Origin: an uncultured Hyphomonadaceae bacterium | GTDB taxonomy: Bacteria > Pseudomonadota > Alphaproteobacteria > Caulobacterales > Hyphomonadaceae | Length of the DNA stretch: 64,000 nucleotides | Direction of reading: 5' to 3' | NCBI GenBank assembly: GCA_964492485.1 | Contig: CAZBKM010000006.1 | Coordinates: 18,932 to 82,931 of the forward strand | In this document: piece after piece, positions 9,795 to 19,406 of the stretch | Layout: every line of letters starts with the position of its first letter | Position numbering within the stretch: the stretch's first letter is position 1 | Notes under the pieces: generated by a model | The model's database searches: none | What the model was told of the DNA's origin: nothing | The model's input: only the letters and a program-made list of their open reading frames with translations | Translations under genes and position numbers: made by a program

Positions 9795-10982
9795 GTGACC
9801 GAAAAGATCCCAACCGAACGCGCGCCCTTCGCGACGGACTGGCGCGCCTCGCGGGGGCGGTTCGAGTCAGAGCCCCCCTCGGCCACGCGTACCCCCTATC
9901 AGCGCGACCGCGACCGGATCATCCATGCCTCCGCCTTTCGTCGGCTGAAGCAGAAGACACAGGTCTTCGTTGCCCATGAGGGCGACCATTACCGCACCCG
10001 GCTGACCCACTCCCTGGAAGTGGCGCAGATCGCCCGGTCGGTGGCCCGCACGCTGGGCCTGGACGAGGATCTCGCCGAGGCCCTGGCGCTGGCCCACGAT
10101 CTCGGGCATCCACCCTTCGGCCATGCCGGAGAGGATCAGCTCGACGCCTGCATGCGGGATTTCGACGGCTTCGACCACAACGCCCAGACCCTGCGCGTGG
10201 TCACCAAGCTGGAACACCGCTATCCCCGCTTCGACGGCCTGAATCTCACCTGGGAGACGCTGGAGGGCCTGGTGAAGCACAATGGCCCCCTGATCGACAC
10301 CGATACCGGCGTGGACGCCCTGCCCGCCGCGTTCCGGGACTTTCCCCACCTGGAGGCCCTCGAACTTGACACCTTTGCCGGCCCGGAAGCGCAGGTGGCG
10401 GCCCTGTCGGACGACATCGCCTACAACAATCACGACATCGATGACGGGCTCACCGCCGGGGTGTTTTCCCTGGACGAGTTGATGGAGGTGGACCTGGTGG
10501 GCGACGTGTTCCGCCAGGTGCGCGCCGACCATCCCGGCATTCCGCGCGACAGGCTGATCGCCGAGGCGGTGCGCCGGCTCATCGGTCTCTGGATCGACGA
10601 TCTGGTGGCGGAAACCACCCGCCGCGCCCGGGAGGCCCGTCCCCGCTCGGCAGCCGACGTGCGGGCGATGGACGCGCCGATCGTCGCCTTTTCCGAAACG
10701 CTCGACCGCCAGCAGCGGGTCCTGCGCGGCTTCCTGCACGAACGGATGTACAAGCACTACAAGGTCAACCGCATGCGCAGCCAGGCCAAGCGGATCCTGC
10801 GCGACCTGTTCGACCAGTTCCTGGATGAACCCGCCACGCTGCCCCCGCCCTGGCGCCAGTCGGCCGAAGCCCTGGACCGCCACGCCCGGGCCCGCCTGGT
10901 CTGCGACTACATCGCAGGCATGACCGACACCTACGCCATCGAGGAACATCGGCGCCTGTTCAACCTGGACAGCATGATTTAG
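9795..10982 (+). CDS. dgt: Deoxyguanosinetriphosphate triphosphohydrolase-like protein (HD domain)
   Basis: [24 protein letters not shown] and HD-domain [16 protein letters not shown]. Start placed at GTG 9795 (AGGAG 8 nt upstream). The upstream part of the 8730..10982 ORF is antisense to pgsA/erpA. Confidence 0.85.
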   Translation: MTEKIPTERAPFATDWRASRGRFESEPPSATRTPYQRDRDRIIHASAFRRLKQKTQVFVAHEGDHYRTRLTHSLEVAQIARSVARTLGLDEDLAEALALAHDLGHPPFGHAGEDQLDACMRDFDGFDHNAQTLRVVTKLEHRYPRFDGLNLTWETLEGLVKHNGPLIDTDTGVDALPAAFRDFPHLEALELDTFAGPEAQVAALSDDIAYNNHDIDDGLTAGVFSLDELMEVDLVGDVFRQVRADHPGIPRDRLIAEAVRRLIGLWIDDLVAETTRRAREARPRSAADVRAMDAPIVAFSETLDRQQRVLRGFLHERMYKHYKVNRMRSQAKRILRDLFDQFLDEPATLPPPWRQSAEALDRHARARLVCDYIAGMTDTYAIEEHRRLFNLDSMI

Positions 10983-11013
10983 CCGCATTCCGGGCCAAGG
11001 GTGCAGGCTCGAC

Positions 11014-11080
11014 GGATTCAATCTCCGTTAACGTTGGAGGCTCTATCGTTAACGTAAACGGGGCAATCCGAGAGGATTCA
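11014..11080 (+). promoter_or_regulatory. Symmetric motif cluster upstream of the SPOR gene
   Basis: GGATTCA at 11014-11020 and 11074-11080; each contains a GANTC. Palindrome CGTTAACG at 11026-11033 and 11047-11054, 21 bp apart. Confidence 0.3.
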
Positions 11081-11082
11081 GA

Positions 11083-12039
11083 ATGGGTCGCTACAGGGAA
11101 AGCCACGTCGACTTCGGACCCGTCGACGACGATTATCGGGGATTCGACCTGCGCGAGGACGATGCCGCGCGCGGACCGCTGATCCTCGTGCTGGCCGTGG
11201 GCGTGCTGATCGTGTTCGGGGCGGTGGTCTGGAACACCTACCGCCAGGGCGTGCGCGCGACGCCTGGCGAGGTGCCCGTGATCCGCGCCGATGCAGGGCC
11301 CTACAAGTTCCGGCCCGAAACGGCCGGGGGTGAGACCGTGCCGGGTCTCGACCGGCGCATCTATGACCAGTTCGACGGCAACCAGCGACTGGCCGATCTG
11401 GATGGCGGCGGCCCACCCGCGCCTGGCGACCGGCCGCGCCGGATCGGCAATCTGCCGTCCCTCTCCGCCGACGCGCCAGACCCTGGATTGCAGGGCGGCC
11501 CGCCCATAGAGCTGCGCCCCGGTCGCACCGGGGCACTGCCGGAAGAGGACGGCGAAGCGGGACGCGACTTGCCCGAGGACGTCGCGCGCGAGGTGGACCG
11601 TCAGGTGGAACGCCTGGCCGATCTCAACGCGCCGGAGGCTGCCGACGGCGAGGCGGTACGCGATTACGCGGCCGTCCGCGATGTGCCGCTGCCGCGCCCG
11701 TCGGGTCCGGCCGGCACGGCCGATCCCGCACCCGACGACATGGCGCCGGCGGAGGCGACCGCCGATCCCCGGTTCCGTTTCGCCGCCGACGGCACCTATG
11801 TGGTCCAGATTGCGGCCTTCCGGTCCCGGGAGGCCGCCGACGAGGCGTGGGCACGTTCCGTGCGCCGGGCACCGGACCTGTATGGCCCCGCCGAGAAGAT
11901 GATCCAGCGGGCCGACCTCGGCGCGCGCGGCGTCTTCTATCGCCTTCGCGCGGGCGCGTTCGCCGGTCGCGACGAGGCGAAGGCGTTCTGCGACGCGGTC
12001 AAGGTTTCTGGCGGCGACTGCATCGTCGCCCAGCGGTAA
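11083..12039 (+). CDS. SPOR domain-containing protein (N-terminal membrane anchor, Pro/Asp-rich linker)
   Basis: TM segment LILVLAVGVLIVFGAVVW. C-terminal SPOR-like YVVQIAAFRSREAADEAW...YRLRAGAFAGRDEAKAFC. Confidence 0.75.
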   Translation: MGRYRESHVDFGPVDDDYRGFDLREDDAARGPLILVLAVGVLIVFGAVVWNTYRQGVRATPGEVPVIRADAGPYKFRPETAGGETVPGLDRRIYDQFDGNQRLADLDGGGPPAPGDRPRRIGNLPSLSADAPDPGLQGGPPIELRPGRTGALPEEDGEAGRDLPEDVAREVDRQVERLADLNAPEAADGEAVRDYAAVRDVPLPRPSGPAGTADPAPDDMAPAEATADPRFRFAADGTYVVQIAAFRSREAADEAWARSVRRAPDLYGPAEKMIQRADLGARGVFYRLRAGAFAGRDEAKAFCDAVKVSGGDCIVAQR

Positions 12040-12045
12040 CCGTCG

Positions 12046-13080
12046 ATGCGTGCCGCGATCCTCAGCCTGTCGGGTCCCGTGCTCCTGGAGACCGAACGCG
12101 CCCTGCTGTCGGGGCTGCAGCCCTGGGGGATCATCCTGATGGGCCGGTCGTGCCAGACCCGCGACCAGGTGCGCCGTCTGGTGGACGCCGTCTGGGACGC
12201 CCTGGAACGCCCATGCCTGATCTTCATCGATCAGGAAGGCGGCCGAGTGGCCCGACTGAAAGCGCCGGAATGGCCGACGTTTCCGCCCGCGGCGAGCTAT
12301 GGCGCGCTGTATGCCCGAGACCCGGAAGCCGGTCTTGAGGCGAGTTGGCTGGGGCACCGGCTGATCGCCGCAGAGCTGGCCGCCCTGGGTATCCATGCCG
12401 ACTGCGCGCCGGTGCTCGATCTGCCCGCGCCGGGAAGTCATGCCATCATCGGCGACCGCGCCTTTGCCACACGCCCCGAGGACGCAGCCGCCCTGGCCCG
12501 CACCGCGCTGGACGGTCTCGCCGATGGCGGGGTCGCGGGTGTGATCAAGCATATTCCCGGCCATGGCCGGGCACGCGTCGACAGCCATGAAGCCCTGCCG
12601 CGCGTGGCCGACAGCGAGGCGGCACTGGACACGGATTTCGAGGCGTTCGCCCGGGTCGCCGACGCCCCGATGGCGATGACCGCCCATATCGCCTACGATT
12701 CGCTGGATGCGGGACGGGCCGCCACCCACTCCCCCACCGTGATCAAGCGCGTCATTCGCGAGCGAATCGGGTTTGATGGTCTTCTGATGACGGATGATCT
12801 CGGCATGGACGCCCTGCGAGGCAGCCTGGCCGACCGGGCCCACCGGGCACTGGTCGCGGGTTGCGATGTGCTGCTGCACTGCGCGGGCTTCCGTCAGGAC
12901 CCGGATGTGATCCTGGACGAGATGCGCGCCGTCGGGGAAGCCGCTCCGGACCTGTCCGGCAAGGCGCTGCGCCGCGCCAGGGCAGCGGAGGCCGCCGCGA
13001 CCCGGGGCCGGCCCTTCGATGCCGAGGCCGGTCGCGCACGCCTCGATGCCCTGCTGGCGGGATCGGGGGCGGCCGCATGA
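12046..13080 (+). CDS. nagZ: Beta-N-acetylhexosaminidase (GH3)
   Basis: IFIDQEGGRVARLK and KHIPGHGRARVDSH motifs. Confidence 0.85.
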   Translation: MRAAILSLSGPVLLETERALLSGLQPWGIILMGRSCQTRDQVRRLVDAVWDALERPCLIFIDQEGGRVARLKAPEWPTFPPAASYGALYARDPEAGLEASWLGHRLIAAELAALGIHADCAPVLDLPAPGSHAIIGDRAFATRPEDAAALARTALDGLADGGVAGVIKHIPGHGRARVDSHEALPRVADSEAALDTDFEAFARVADAPMAMTAHIAYDSLDAGRAATHSPTVIKRVIRERIGFDGLLMTDDLGMDALRGSLADRAHRALVAGCDVLLHCAGFRQDPDVILDEMRAVGEAAPDLSGKALRRARAAEAAATRGRPFDAEAGRARLDALLAGSGAAA

Positions 13081-13898
13081 GTGACACGATGACCCTCGAC
13101 GCCCTGTCGGCGGAAGCCAGCGAAGCGGAGGGCGCCGACGCCTTTCATGTCGACCTGGACGGCTATGAAGGCCCGCTGCACCTGCTGCTGGAGCTTGCTC
13201 GACGCCAGAAGGTTGACCTGCGGCGCGTCTCCATCCTGACCCTGGCTGAACAGTATCTCGACTTCATCGCCGCGGCCCGCGAGAAGCGGATCGACCTTGC
13301 GGCGGACTATCTGCTCATGGCCGCCTGGCTCGCCTATCTGAAGTCGCGTCTCCTGCTGCCCAAGCCGGGCAAGGAGACAGAGGATGCGCCCGACAGCGAG
13401 GAGATGGCGACCCAGCTCGCCTTCCGCCTGAAGCGGCTCGATGCCATGCGCGACGCGGTCGACGCGCTTCTGGGGGGACCGATCCTGGGTGCCCGGGTAT
13501 TCCTGCGCGGTATGCCCCGACAGCCGAGAGTGGTCCGCCACACCGAGTATGACACCACCCTCTGGCACATGACCCAGGCCTTCGGCGCCATCCGCCAGCG
13601 GCGGGCGAAAGCTGCGCCCCACCGCGTCGAGGTGCAGGGTATCCTGCCCCTGGAGCAGGCGCGCGACCGGTTGCGCGGTCTGAGCCTGAGGCTCGCCGAC
13701 TGGTTGAGCCTGGACCGGATCGGAGCGGAGCTTCAGCCTGCGACCGGCGACATACCCGCCGCCTCGGTGCGCGCCTCGGTGTTTTCCGCCGCCCTCGAGT
13801 TGGCCCGCGATGGCGATGTCGATCTTCGTCAGGATGCGCATTTCGCGCCGATCTATCTGCGCGGTGCCGGCCCCCGCCCGTTGGAGACCCAGCCATGA
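13077..13898 (+). CDS. scpA: Segregation and condensation protein A
   Basis: ATGA overlap with the nagZ stop. FHVDLDGYEGPLHLLLELARRQKVDLRRVSILTLAEQY. Confidence 0.85.
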   Translation: MSDTMTLDALSAEASEAEGADAFHVDLDGYEGPLHLLLELARRQKVDLRRVSILTLAEQYLDFIAAAREKRIDLAADYLLMAAWLAYLKSRLLLPKPGKETEDAPDSEEMATQLAFRLKRLDAMRDAVDALLGGPILGARVFLRGMPRQPRVVRHTEYDTTLWHMTQAFGAIRQRRAKAAPHRVEVQGILPLEQARDRLRGLSLRLADWLSLDRIGAELQPATGDIPAASVRASVFSAALELARDGDVDLRQDAHFAPIYLRGAGPRPLETQP

Positions 13899-14674
13899 GC
13901 GAGACATTCGACTCCGAAGACCGTGCCCCTGGCGACATCCGCGAGGCGGTGCGCCAGCTTTCCTTTGCCTATGAGCGCGCGTCCAGGACCCTCGACGCGC
14001 CGCGCAAGAGCCAGATGGCCGACGCCCTGAGGCGGGCAGAGGCCGTCCTGTTTGCCGCCGGTGAGCCCCTGTCGGCCGAAGCGGTGGCGCAGACGCTGCC
14101 GCCGGGCGTCGACGCACCGGACGTGCTGATGGCCCTCAAGGCCGCCTATGCCGACCGCGGCGTGAACCTCGTCGAGGTCGCCGGCAAATGGCGTTTCCAG
14201 ACATCGGAAGATCTCGACTTCCTCTTCGTTGAAGAGCGCCACGAGCAGAAGAAGCTCAGCCAGGCGGCGCTGGAGACACTGGCCATCATCGCCTACGGAC
14301 AGCCCGTGACCCGCGCCGAAATCGAGGCTGTACGCGGCGTGGCGGTCTCGAAAACCACCCTGGACACGCTGATGGAGACCGGCTGGATCCGCATCAAGGG
14401 CCGACGCCAGACGCCGGGCCGGCCCGTGACCTATGGCACGACCGACGCCTTTCTCGAGCATTTTGGACTGGAAAGCCTGGCGGTGCTGCCCGGCAAGGCG
14501 GATCTGGAAGCCGAGGGGTTGCTCGGCCAGGTGGTGCCCGACGGGTTCGAATGGCCCGGCCAGGCGCGCGAAGAGGGCGATATCGACGATCCGGAGCCAC
14601 ATGCGGACGCCGGCGAGCCGTCCGATGCGGAATTCGTGACCGATTATTATGCAGCGCGCACTGCGGCGGAGTAG
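13895..14674 (+). CDS. scpB: Segregation and condensation protein B
   Basis: ATGA overlap with scpA. EAVLFAAGEPLS and ALETLAIIAYGQPVTRAEIEAVRGV. Confidence 0.85.
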   Translation: MSETFDSEDRAPGDIREAVRQLSFAYERASRTLDAPRKSQMADALRRAEAVLFAAGEPLSAEAVAQTLPPGVDAPDVLMALKAAYADRGVNLVEVAGKWRFQTSEDLDFLFVEERHEQKKLSQAALETLAIIAYGQPVTRAEIEAVRGVAVSKTTLDTLMETGWIRIKGRRQTPGRPVTYGTTDAFLEHFGLESLAVLPGKADLEAEGLLGQVVPDGFEWPGQAREEGDIDDPEPHADAGEPSDAEFVTDYYAARTAAE

Positions 14675-14746
14675 ACCCGTCGCACCGGCCCGTTTACCCC
14701 GGGCCGCACAGCGCCTATGTTCACAGGGCACAGCTTGGAGATCGCC

Positions 14747-14980
14747 ATGGGTTCCGTCGGCCCGCTGCAACTTGTTCTCTTGGTGGTCGTCGCGCTCCTG
14801 CTCTTTGGCGGACGCGGCCGGATCTCCTCGATCATGGGCGACATGGCGAAGGGCGTTCGAAGCTTTCGCAAGGGCCTCAATGAGGATGAGGAGTCGACCC
14901 GCGCCGTCGGAAGCGATGACGAGGACTCCTACGTCAACGTGACCCCGAAGAAGGACAAGACGAACACACCGTCGTCCTGA
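14747..14980 (+). CDS. tatA: Twin-arginine translocase subunit TatA/E
   Basis: MGSVGPLQLVLLVVVALLLFGGRGRISSIMGDMAKGVRSFRKG. GGAGA lies upstream of ATG 14747. Confidence 0.9.
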   Translation: MGSVGPLQLVLLVVVALLLFGGRGRISSIMGDMAKGVRSFRKGLNEDEESTRAVGSDDEDSYVNVTPKKDKTNTPSS

Positions 14981-15002
14981 TCCCGGCCTGGAAAGGCGCG
15001 CA

Positions 15003-15479
15003 ATGCTGCCCCAATTCGGCCTTTCGGAATTTCTTGTGCTTGCGATCGTGGCGCTGATCGTGGTCGGCCCCAGGGACCTGCCTGTGATGATGCGCAAGCT
15101 GGGCCAGATGCTGGCCAAGGGTCGGTCGATGGCGCGGGAGTTCCAGGCCGCCTTCGATGACATTGCACGCCAGGCCGAACTCGACGAACTGCGCAAGGAA
15201 ATCGAGGATCTGAAGCGCAACAATGCGCTGACCCAGGCCCAGGACGACCTGCGGGCCATGGAGCGGGATGTGAACGAGACCGTCATGCGACGCGACCGCG
15301 AGGCCGGCCAGGCCGGCCAGGCCGCACAGGCTGCACAGTCCGACCAGGACGGCGATGCGACGCCCGTTGGCAACGACGCGCGCGCGGCCCCCTCCCCCTC
15401 CCCGGCCCCCGACGCACCCGAAACCGGGGACACGGCCGAACCCGCTGCGACCTCCCACCCGAGGAGCAAGTCGGCGTGA
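15003..15479 (+). CDS. tatB: Twin-arginine translocase subunit TatB
   Basis: MLPQFGLSEFLVLAIVALIVVGPRDLPVMMRKLGQ. Confidence 0.85.
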   Translation: MLPQFGLSEFLVLAIVALIVVGPRDLPVMMRKLGQMLAKGRSMAREFQAAFDDIARQAELDELRKEIEDLKRNNALTQAQDDLRAMERDVNETVMRRDREAGQAGQAAQAAQSDQDGDATPVGNDARAAPSPSPAPDAPETGDTAEPAATSHPRSKSA

Positions 15480-16309
15480 GCGGCTCCACATCGACAGGCG
15501 GCGGCGCCGGTGGCGAGCCGGACGAGCTGTCGGGGACCGAGGCACCGCTTCTGGACCACCTGACCGAGCTCAGGAAACGGCTGATCTACGCGCTGCTGGC
15601 CCTGGCGGTTTGCGCGGCGATCTGTTTCGGCTTCGCCGAAGGCATCTACAATCTGCTGCTGCGCCCCTTTGCCGCCGTCGCCCGAAATGCGCGCGACGGC
15701 GCGCCGCTGGAACTGATCTACACCGGGCCGCTGGAATTCTTCTTCGCCAAGCTGCGCCTGTCGCTGTTCGGAGGGATCTTCCTCGCCTTTCCGGTCCTGG
15801 CCTACCAGGTCTATGCCTTTGTGGCGCCGGGCCTCTACAAGCGCGAGCGTCGGGCCTTTCTGCCCTTCCTGGTGGCTGCACCGGTCCTGTTCACCGCGGG
15901 CGCGGCCTTCGTCTATTTCGTGATGATGCCCATGGTGGCGCGTTTTGCGCTGTCCCAGGAACAGATCGACAGCTCCGTGGCGGCGATCAAGCTGCTGCCG
16001 CGCGTGTCGGAATATCTGTCGCTGGTGATGGCGCTGATGCTGGCGTTCGGGATCTCCTTCCAGCTACCCGTCGTGCTCAGCCTGTTGGGCCGCGCCGGTA
16101 TCCTCGGCGCCGAAAGCCTTCGGAAAGGGCGGAAATATGCCCTTGTGGGCATCCTGGCCTTCGCCGCCTTCTTCACGCCGCCGGACATCATCAGCCAGAT
16201 CCTTCTGACCGTGCCGGTCTACATGCTCTACGAGGCGAGCATCTGGCTGGTCGCCCTGATGGAACGCAAGGCCGAGGAGGCCGCCGACGCCGATGCAACC
16301 GAACCCTGA
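15476..16309 (+). CDS. tatC: Twin-arginine translocase subunit TatC
   Basis: GTGA overlap with tatB. LLDHLTELRKRLIYALLA. Six-TM profile. Confidence 0.9.
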   Translation: MSGSTSTGGGAGGEPDELSGTEAPLLDHLTELRKRLIYALLALAVCAAICFGFAEGIYNLLLRPFAAVARNARDGAPLELIYTGPLEFFFAKLRLSLFGGIFLAFPVLAYQVYAFVAPGLYKRERRAFLPFLVAAPVLFTAGAAFVYFVMMPMVARFALSQEQIDSSVAAIKLLPRVSEYLSLVMALMLAFGISFQLPVVLSLLGRAGILGAESLRKGRKYALVGILAFAAFFTPPDIISQILLTVPVYMLYEASIWLVALMERKAEEAADADATEP

Positions 16310-16417
16310 GACAGGACCGGATGGCGATCCGCTCGGCAGGTTCGGGCGCCGGTCACACTCCGTTCACCCGACCTGCCTAGCCTGAGGCCTGTCCGCACGC
16401 TGACCTCCGCCAGACCC

Positions 16418-17125
16418 ATGCTGCTTACCGCCCTGCTCAGCCTCATGCTCTCGCCCGCGACGGGTCCGCTTGATGCGGCCCTGGCGGCGACCGAGGCGCC
16501 GAAAACCCTCCGCGCGGCCTTCAAGGTGACCCTGTCCAGCGACGAGGCGACGCGCGTCTTCGCCTATGATCCACGCTGGCCGCGGGCCAACCGGTGGCGT
16601 CTCGAATCGGCGGACGGCGACGACAGCCTCCTCGACGAGGTTGCGGCCGCCTGGGGAGCCGACCCGGCCCCCGATGGACGGCTGTTTCCCGACGATCTGC
16701 GCGCCAGCCTGCCGGACCGGGTCCAGGGCCAGGATCTCGGCGGCGCCTGGCGGATCGAGTTCCGGCATCGCCCTTCGGCAAATGATGGCGAGCTCGACCG
16801 TTGGGCCATAGGCCGACTTGACGCCACCGCCTGGCTCGATCCGGCACAGGAACGGTTCCTGCGCATCGACCACGAACTGAGCGCACCCACTCCCGGTCCG
16901 AACGGCGGCATGCTGACCGGCTACCGACAGACCCACTATCTGGAGACCGAGCCGAAATGGGGCCTGACCTATATCGCGCGTATGGAGATCGATCTGGAAG
17001 CCCGCGCCGCCTGGCGCACGCTGGACCGCAGTTACGCGATGCAGGTGACCGAGGTTGAGGTCTTCTTCGCCAACGCGGCGGCGGAACAGGCCTACCTCGC
17101 CGCCCGCGCGTCCACCGACTCCTGA
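16418..17125 (+). CDS. Hypothetical exported protein
   Basis: Signal-like MLLTALLSLMLSPATGPLDAALAA. I recognise no family. Confidence 0.5.
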   Translation: MLLTALLSLMLSPATGPLDAALAATEAPKTLRAAFKVTLSSDEATRVFAYDPRWPRANRWRLESADGDDSLLDEVAAAWGADPAPDGRLFPDDLRASLPDRVQGQDLGGAWRIEFRHRPSANDGELDRWAIGRLDATAWLDPAQERFLRIDHELSAPTPGPNGGMLTGYRQTHYLETEPKWGLTYIARMEIDLEARAAWRTLDRSYAMQVTEVEVFFANAAAEQAYLAARASTDS

Positions 17126-17184
17126 CGTCGTGCCCACCCGTCAGCAGTCCACAAGACCCCATGGCCGCGGTCGCAAAACGTCCT

Positions 17185-17278
17185 GAAGCGCCGGACTTTC
17201 GTTTCACTCCAGACCGTCGCTTCACATAATTATTATTGCGCAAGTATCCGTTCGCAACCGATTCCGTTTGCTCCGAAC
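17185..17278 (+). repeat. Mosaic intergenic repeat, module C (hairpin + TCCGTTYGC direct repeat)
   Basis: The 94 nt GAAGCGCCGG...CCGTCGCTTCACATAATTATTATTGCGCAAGTATCCGTTCGCAACCGATTCCGTTTGCTCCGAAC differ at about a dozen positions from the reverse complement of 29762-29855. Confidence 0.85.
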
Positions 17279-17295
17279 CTGCTCTAAACTGCCGG

Positions 17296-17715
17296 ATGAT
17301 GACCGTGCACCTGGTAAAGCTCTGCGTCGGGGCAGACAGTGTCGACGATCTTGCGGCCTGGCAGCGTCATGTGATGACGCACCACCCCACGCCCGTTCAC
17401 CATACGCGCATGACGCCCAAGCGCCTTGCCGACCTCCTGGACGGAGGGTCCATCTTCTGGGTCATCAAGCGCCAGATCCGCGTCCGCCAGCGCCTTCTGG
17501 ACATCAGGACGGTGACCGACTCCAGCGGTCGGGACGTGTGCGAACTGGTCCTCGACCCCGAACTCGTCCCCACCGAATTGCAGCCCCAAAAGCCCTTCCA
17601 GGGCTGGCGCTACCTGACGCCCGAAGCCGCCCCGGCCGATGCGCGCGGAACAGACCTGCCCGACGAAATCCCGGCCGATCTGGGCGAGGCGCTCAAGAAG
17701 GCCCTCGTCTGGTAG
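17296..17715 (+). CDS. DUF1489 family protein
   Basis: MMTVHLVKLCVGADSVDDLAAWQ... is the typical DUF1489 N-terminus. The upstream part of the track ORF runs through the repeat. Confidence 0.7.
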   Translation: MMTVHLVKLCVGADSVDDLAAWQRHVMTHHPTPVHHTRMTPKRLADLLDGGSIFWVIKRQIRVRQRLLDIRTVTDSSGRDVCELVLDPELVPTELQPQKPFQGWRYLTPEAAPADARGTDLPDEIPADLGEALKKALVW

Positions 17716-17905
17716 CGTCGCGCCGATCGCGCTGATCCGGTCGCGCCGGACGGGGCCTGTGCGGGGGAGGAGACTGGACAGCGACCCGTACGAAACTCGT
17801 TAGGGCTGCTTCCTTCCGGACCTGACCCGGTTGGCGAGCGGTACGTCCGCCGCCAGCCTCCAGCCCCCTACATCGGAAATTCGGAGCGGGGTGACAAGTG
17901 GGAGA

Positions 17906-18889
17906 ATGGCGTTAGGGTCGCGCGCCATGCCGCTGAAGACCCAGATTCCCCTCTCAGGCCCCGGCCTGGACCGTGCCGCGCATCGCCGGGCCGATCTGGC
18001 CTGGCTGAAGGATGCACGGCAGGCTCCAGACGTGCTCGTCCTCCTGATGCAGGGTGGAAAGCCCCTGATTGAGGGCGGACGGCCCGAGGCATCCGGTGCG
18101 GTGGGGGCATGGCAACCGCCCGCCAGCCGTCCGATCGCCTGGCTGGGCGCGGAGGCCTGGACGCTTGGCGACCCGGAGACCGAAGTCTTTCTGGGCGTGG
18201 ACCGGCGCGGCACGCCGGCGTTCGCCCTGAACATGCCGGAGCCTTTCAGCCTTGCGGGCTCGCCGATCGAGGGGCTTGGCGCGTTCGAGGACATGCGCGC
18301 GGCCGCCCAGGGGCTATCTGCGCTGGAGGGCAGCGCGGCAGCCACGGCCCGCAGCCTGTTCGAATGGCACCGCCGGCACGGCTTCTGCGCCAATTGCGGG
18401 GCACCGACGCAGATCGTGGAAGCTGGCTGGAAGCGCGCCTGCCGGACCTGCGGGGCCGAACATTTTCCACGGACCGACCCGGTTGCCATCATGCTCGCGA
18501 CCGATGGGGAGCGCTGCCTGGTGGGGCGCCAGCGCGCCTGGCCGCCGGGCTTCGTCTCCTGCCTGGCAGGCTTCGTGGAGCCGGGCGAGACCGTGGAGCA
18601 GGCAGCCGCCCGGGAACTGTACGAGGAAGCCGGGATCACGGCCGATCCGGCGGAGGCGGAGTACCTGTTCTGCCAGCCCTGGCCCTTCCCCTCCTCCCTC
18701 ATGGTCGGTCTGATCCTGCCGGCTGTCTCGACCGAGATCACGGTCGACACGAGCGAGCTGGAAACGGCCCATTGGGTGACCCGCGACGAGGCCCGCCAGA
18801 TGATCGCGGGCGACCATCCGCGATTCACCTGCCCGCCGCCCATGGCAGTGGCGCATCACATCCTGAAGGTATGGGCCGAACGGTCGTGA
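17906..18889 (+). CDS. nudC: NAD(+) diphosphatase (NADH pyrophosphatase)
   Basis: Zinc ribbon CANCGAPTQIVEAGWKRACRTCG, then Nudix box GFVEPGETVEQAAARELYEEAG. The start is uncertain (17906 or 17927). Confidence 0.8.
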   Translation: MALGSRAMPLKTQIPLSGPGLDRAAHRRADLAWLKDARQAPDVLVLLMQGGKPLIEGGRPEASGAVGAWQPPASRPIAWLGAEAWTLGDPETEVFLGVDRRGTPAFALNMPEPFSLAGSPIEGLGAFEDMRAAAQGLSALEGSAAATARSLFEWHRRHGFCANCGAPTQIVEAGWKRACRTCGAEHFPRTDPVAIMLATDGERCLVGRQRAWPPGFVSCLAGFVEPGETVEQAAARELYEEAGITADPAEAEYLFCQPWPFPSSLMVGLILPAVSTEITVDTSELETAHWVTRDEARQMIAGDHPRFTCPPPMAVAHHILKVWAERS

Positions 18890-18914
18890 CGCGGCAGGCG
18901 GCCCCGCCCCATCC

Positions 18915-19406
18915 TTACTTCGTGAGCTGGGCGCGCCCCGTCCCCGCATGCAGCGCGCAGATCAGCGTGAACAGGCGCCGGGCGGTATCGAAGTCGATGT
19001 CGACCTTTCCCGACAGCCGCTCTGCCACCAGTTCCGAACCCTCGTTGTGAATGCCGCGCCGCGCCATGTCGATTGCCTCGATCTGATGCGGCGACTGGTG
19101 GCGGATCGCATTGTAATAGCTTTCGCAGATCATGAAGTAGTCGCGGATCACGGCACGGAAGGGCGTCAGGCTCAGAATGAAGGTGTGGACACGCTCGCCC
19201 GCCTCGTCGCGAATGTCGAAGACCAGCTTGCGTTCCTGCAGCGACAGGCCCAGCCGGTAGGGTCCACGGTCGACGCCTGTCACCGCGAAACTGTTCGCCT
19301 CGATCAGGTCGAAGATGGCCACGCGCCGCTCATGCTCGGCTTCCGGACCGGAGGCCGACAGCGTCTCCGGATCGATATCCACCGAAATGAGCCGGTCGGA
19401 CGTCAT
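18915..19406 (-). CDS. UPF0262 family protein
   Basis: Conserved neighbour of hisD in Alphaproteobacteria. ATGA overlap with the hisD stop. Confidence 0.75.
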   Translation of the reverse strand: MTSDRLISVDIDPETLSASGPEAEHERRVAIFDLIEANSFAVTGVDRGPYRLGLSLQERKLVFDIRDEAGERVHTFILSLTPFRAVIRDYFMICESYYNAIRHQSPHQIEAIDMARRGIHNEGSELVAERLSGKVDIDFDTARRLFTLICALHAGTGRAQLTK

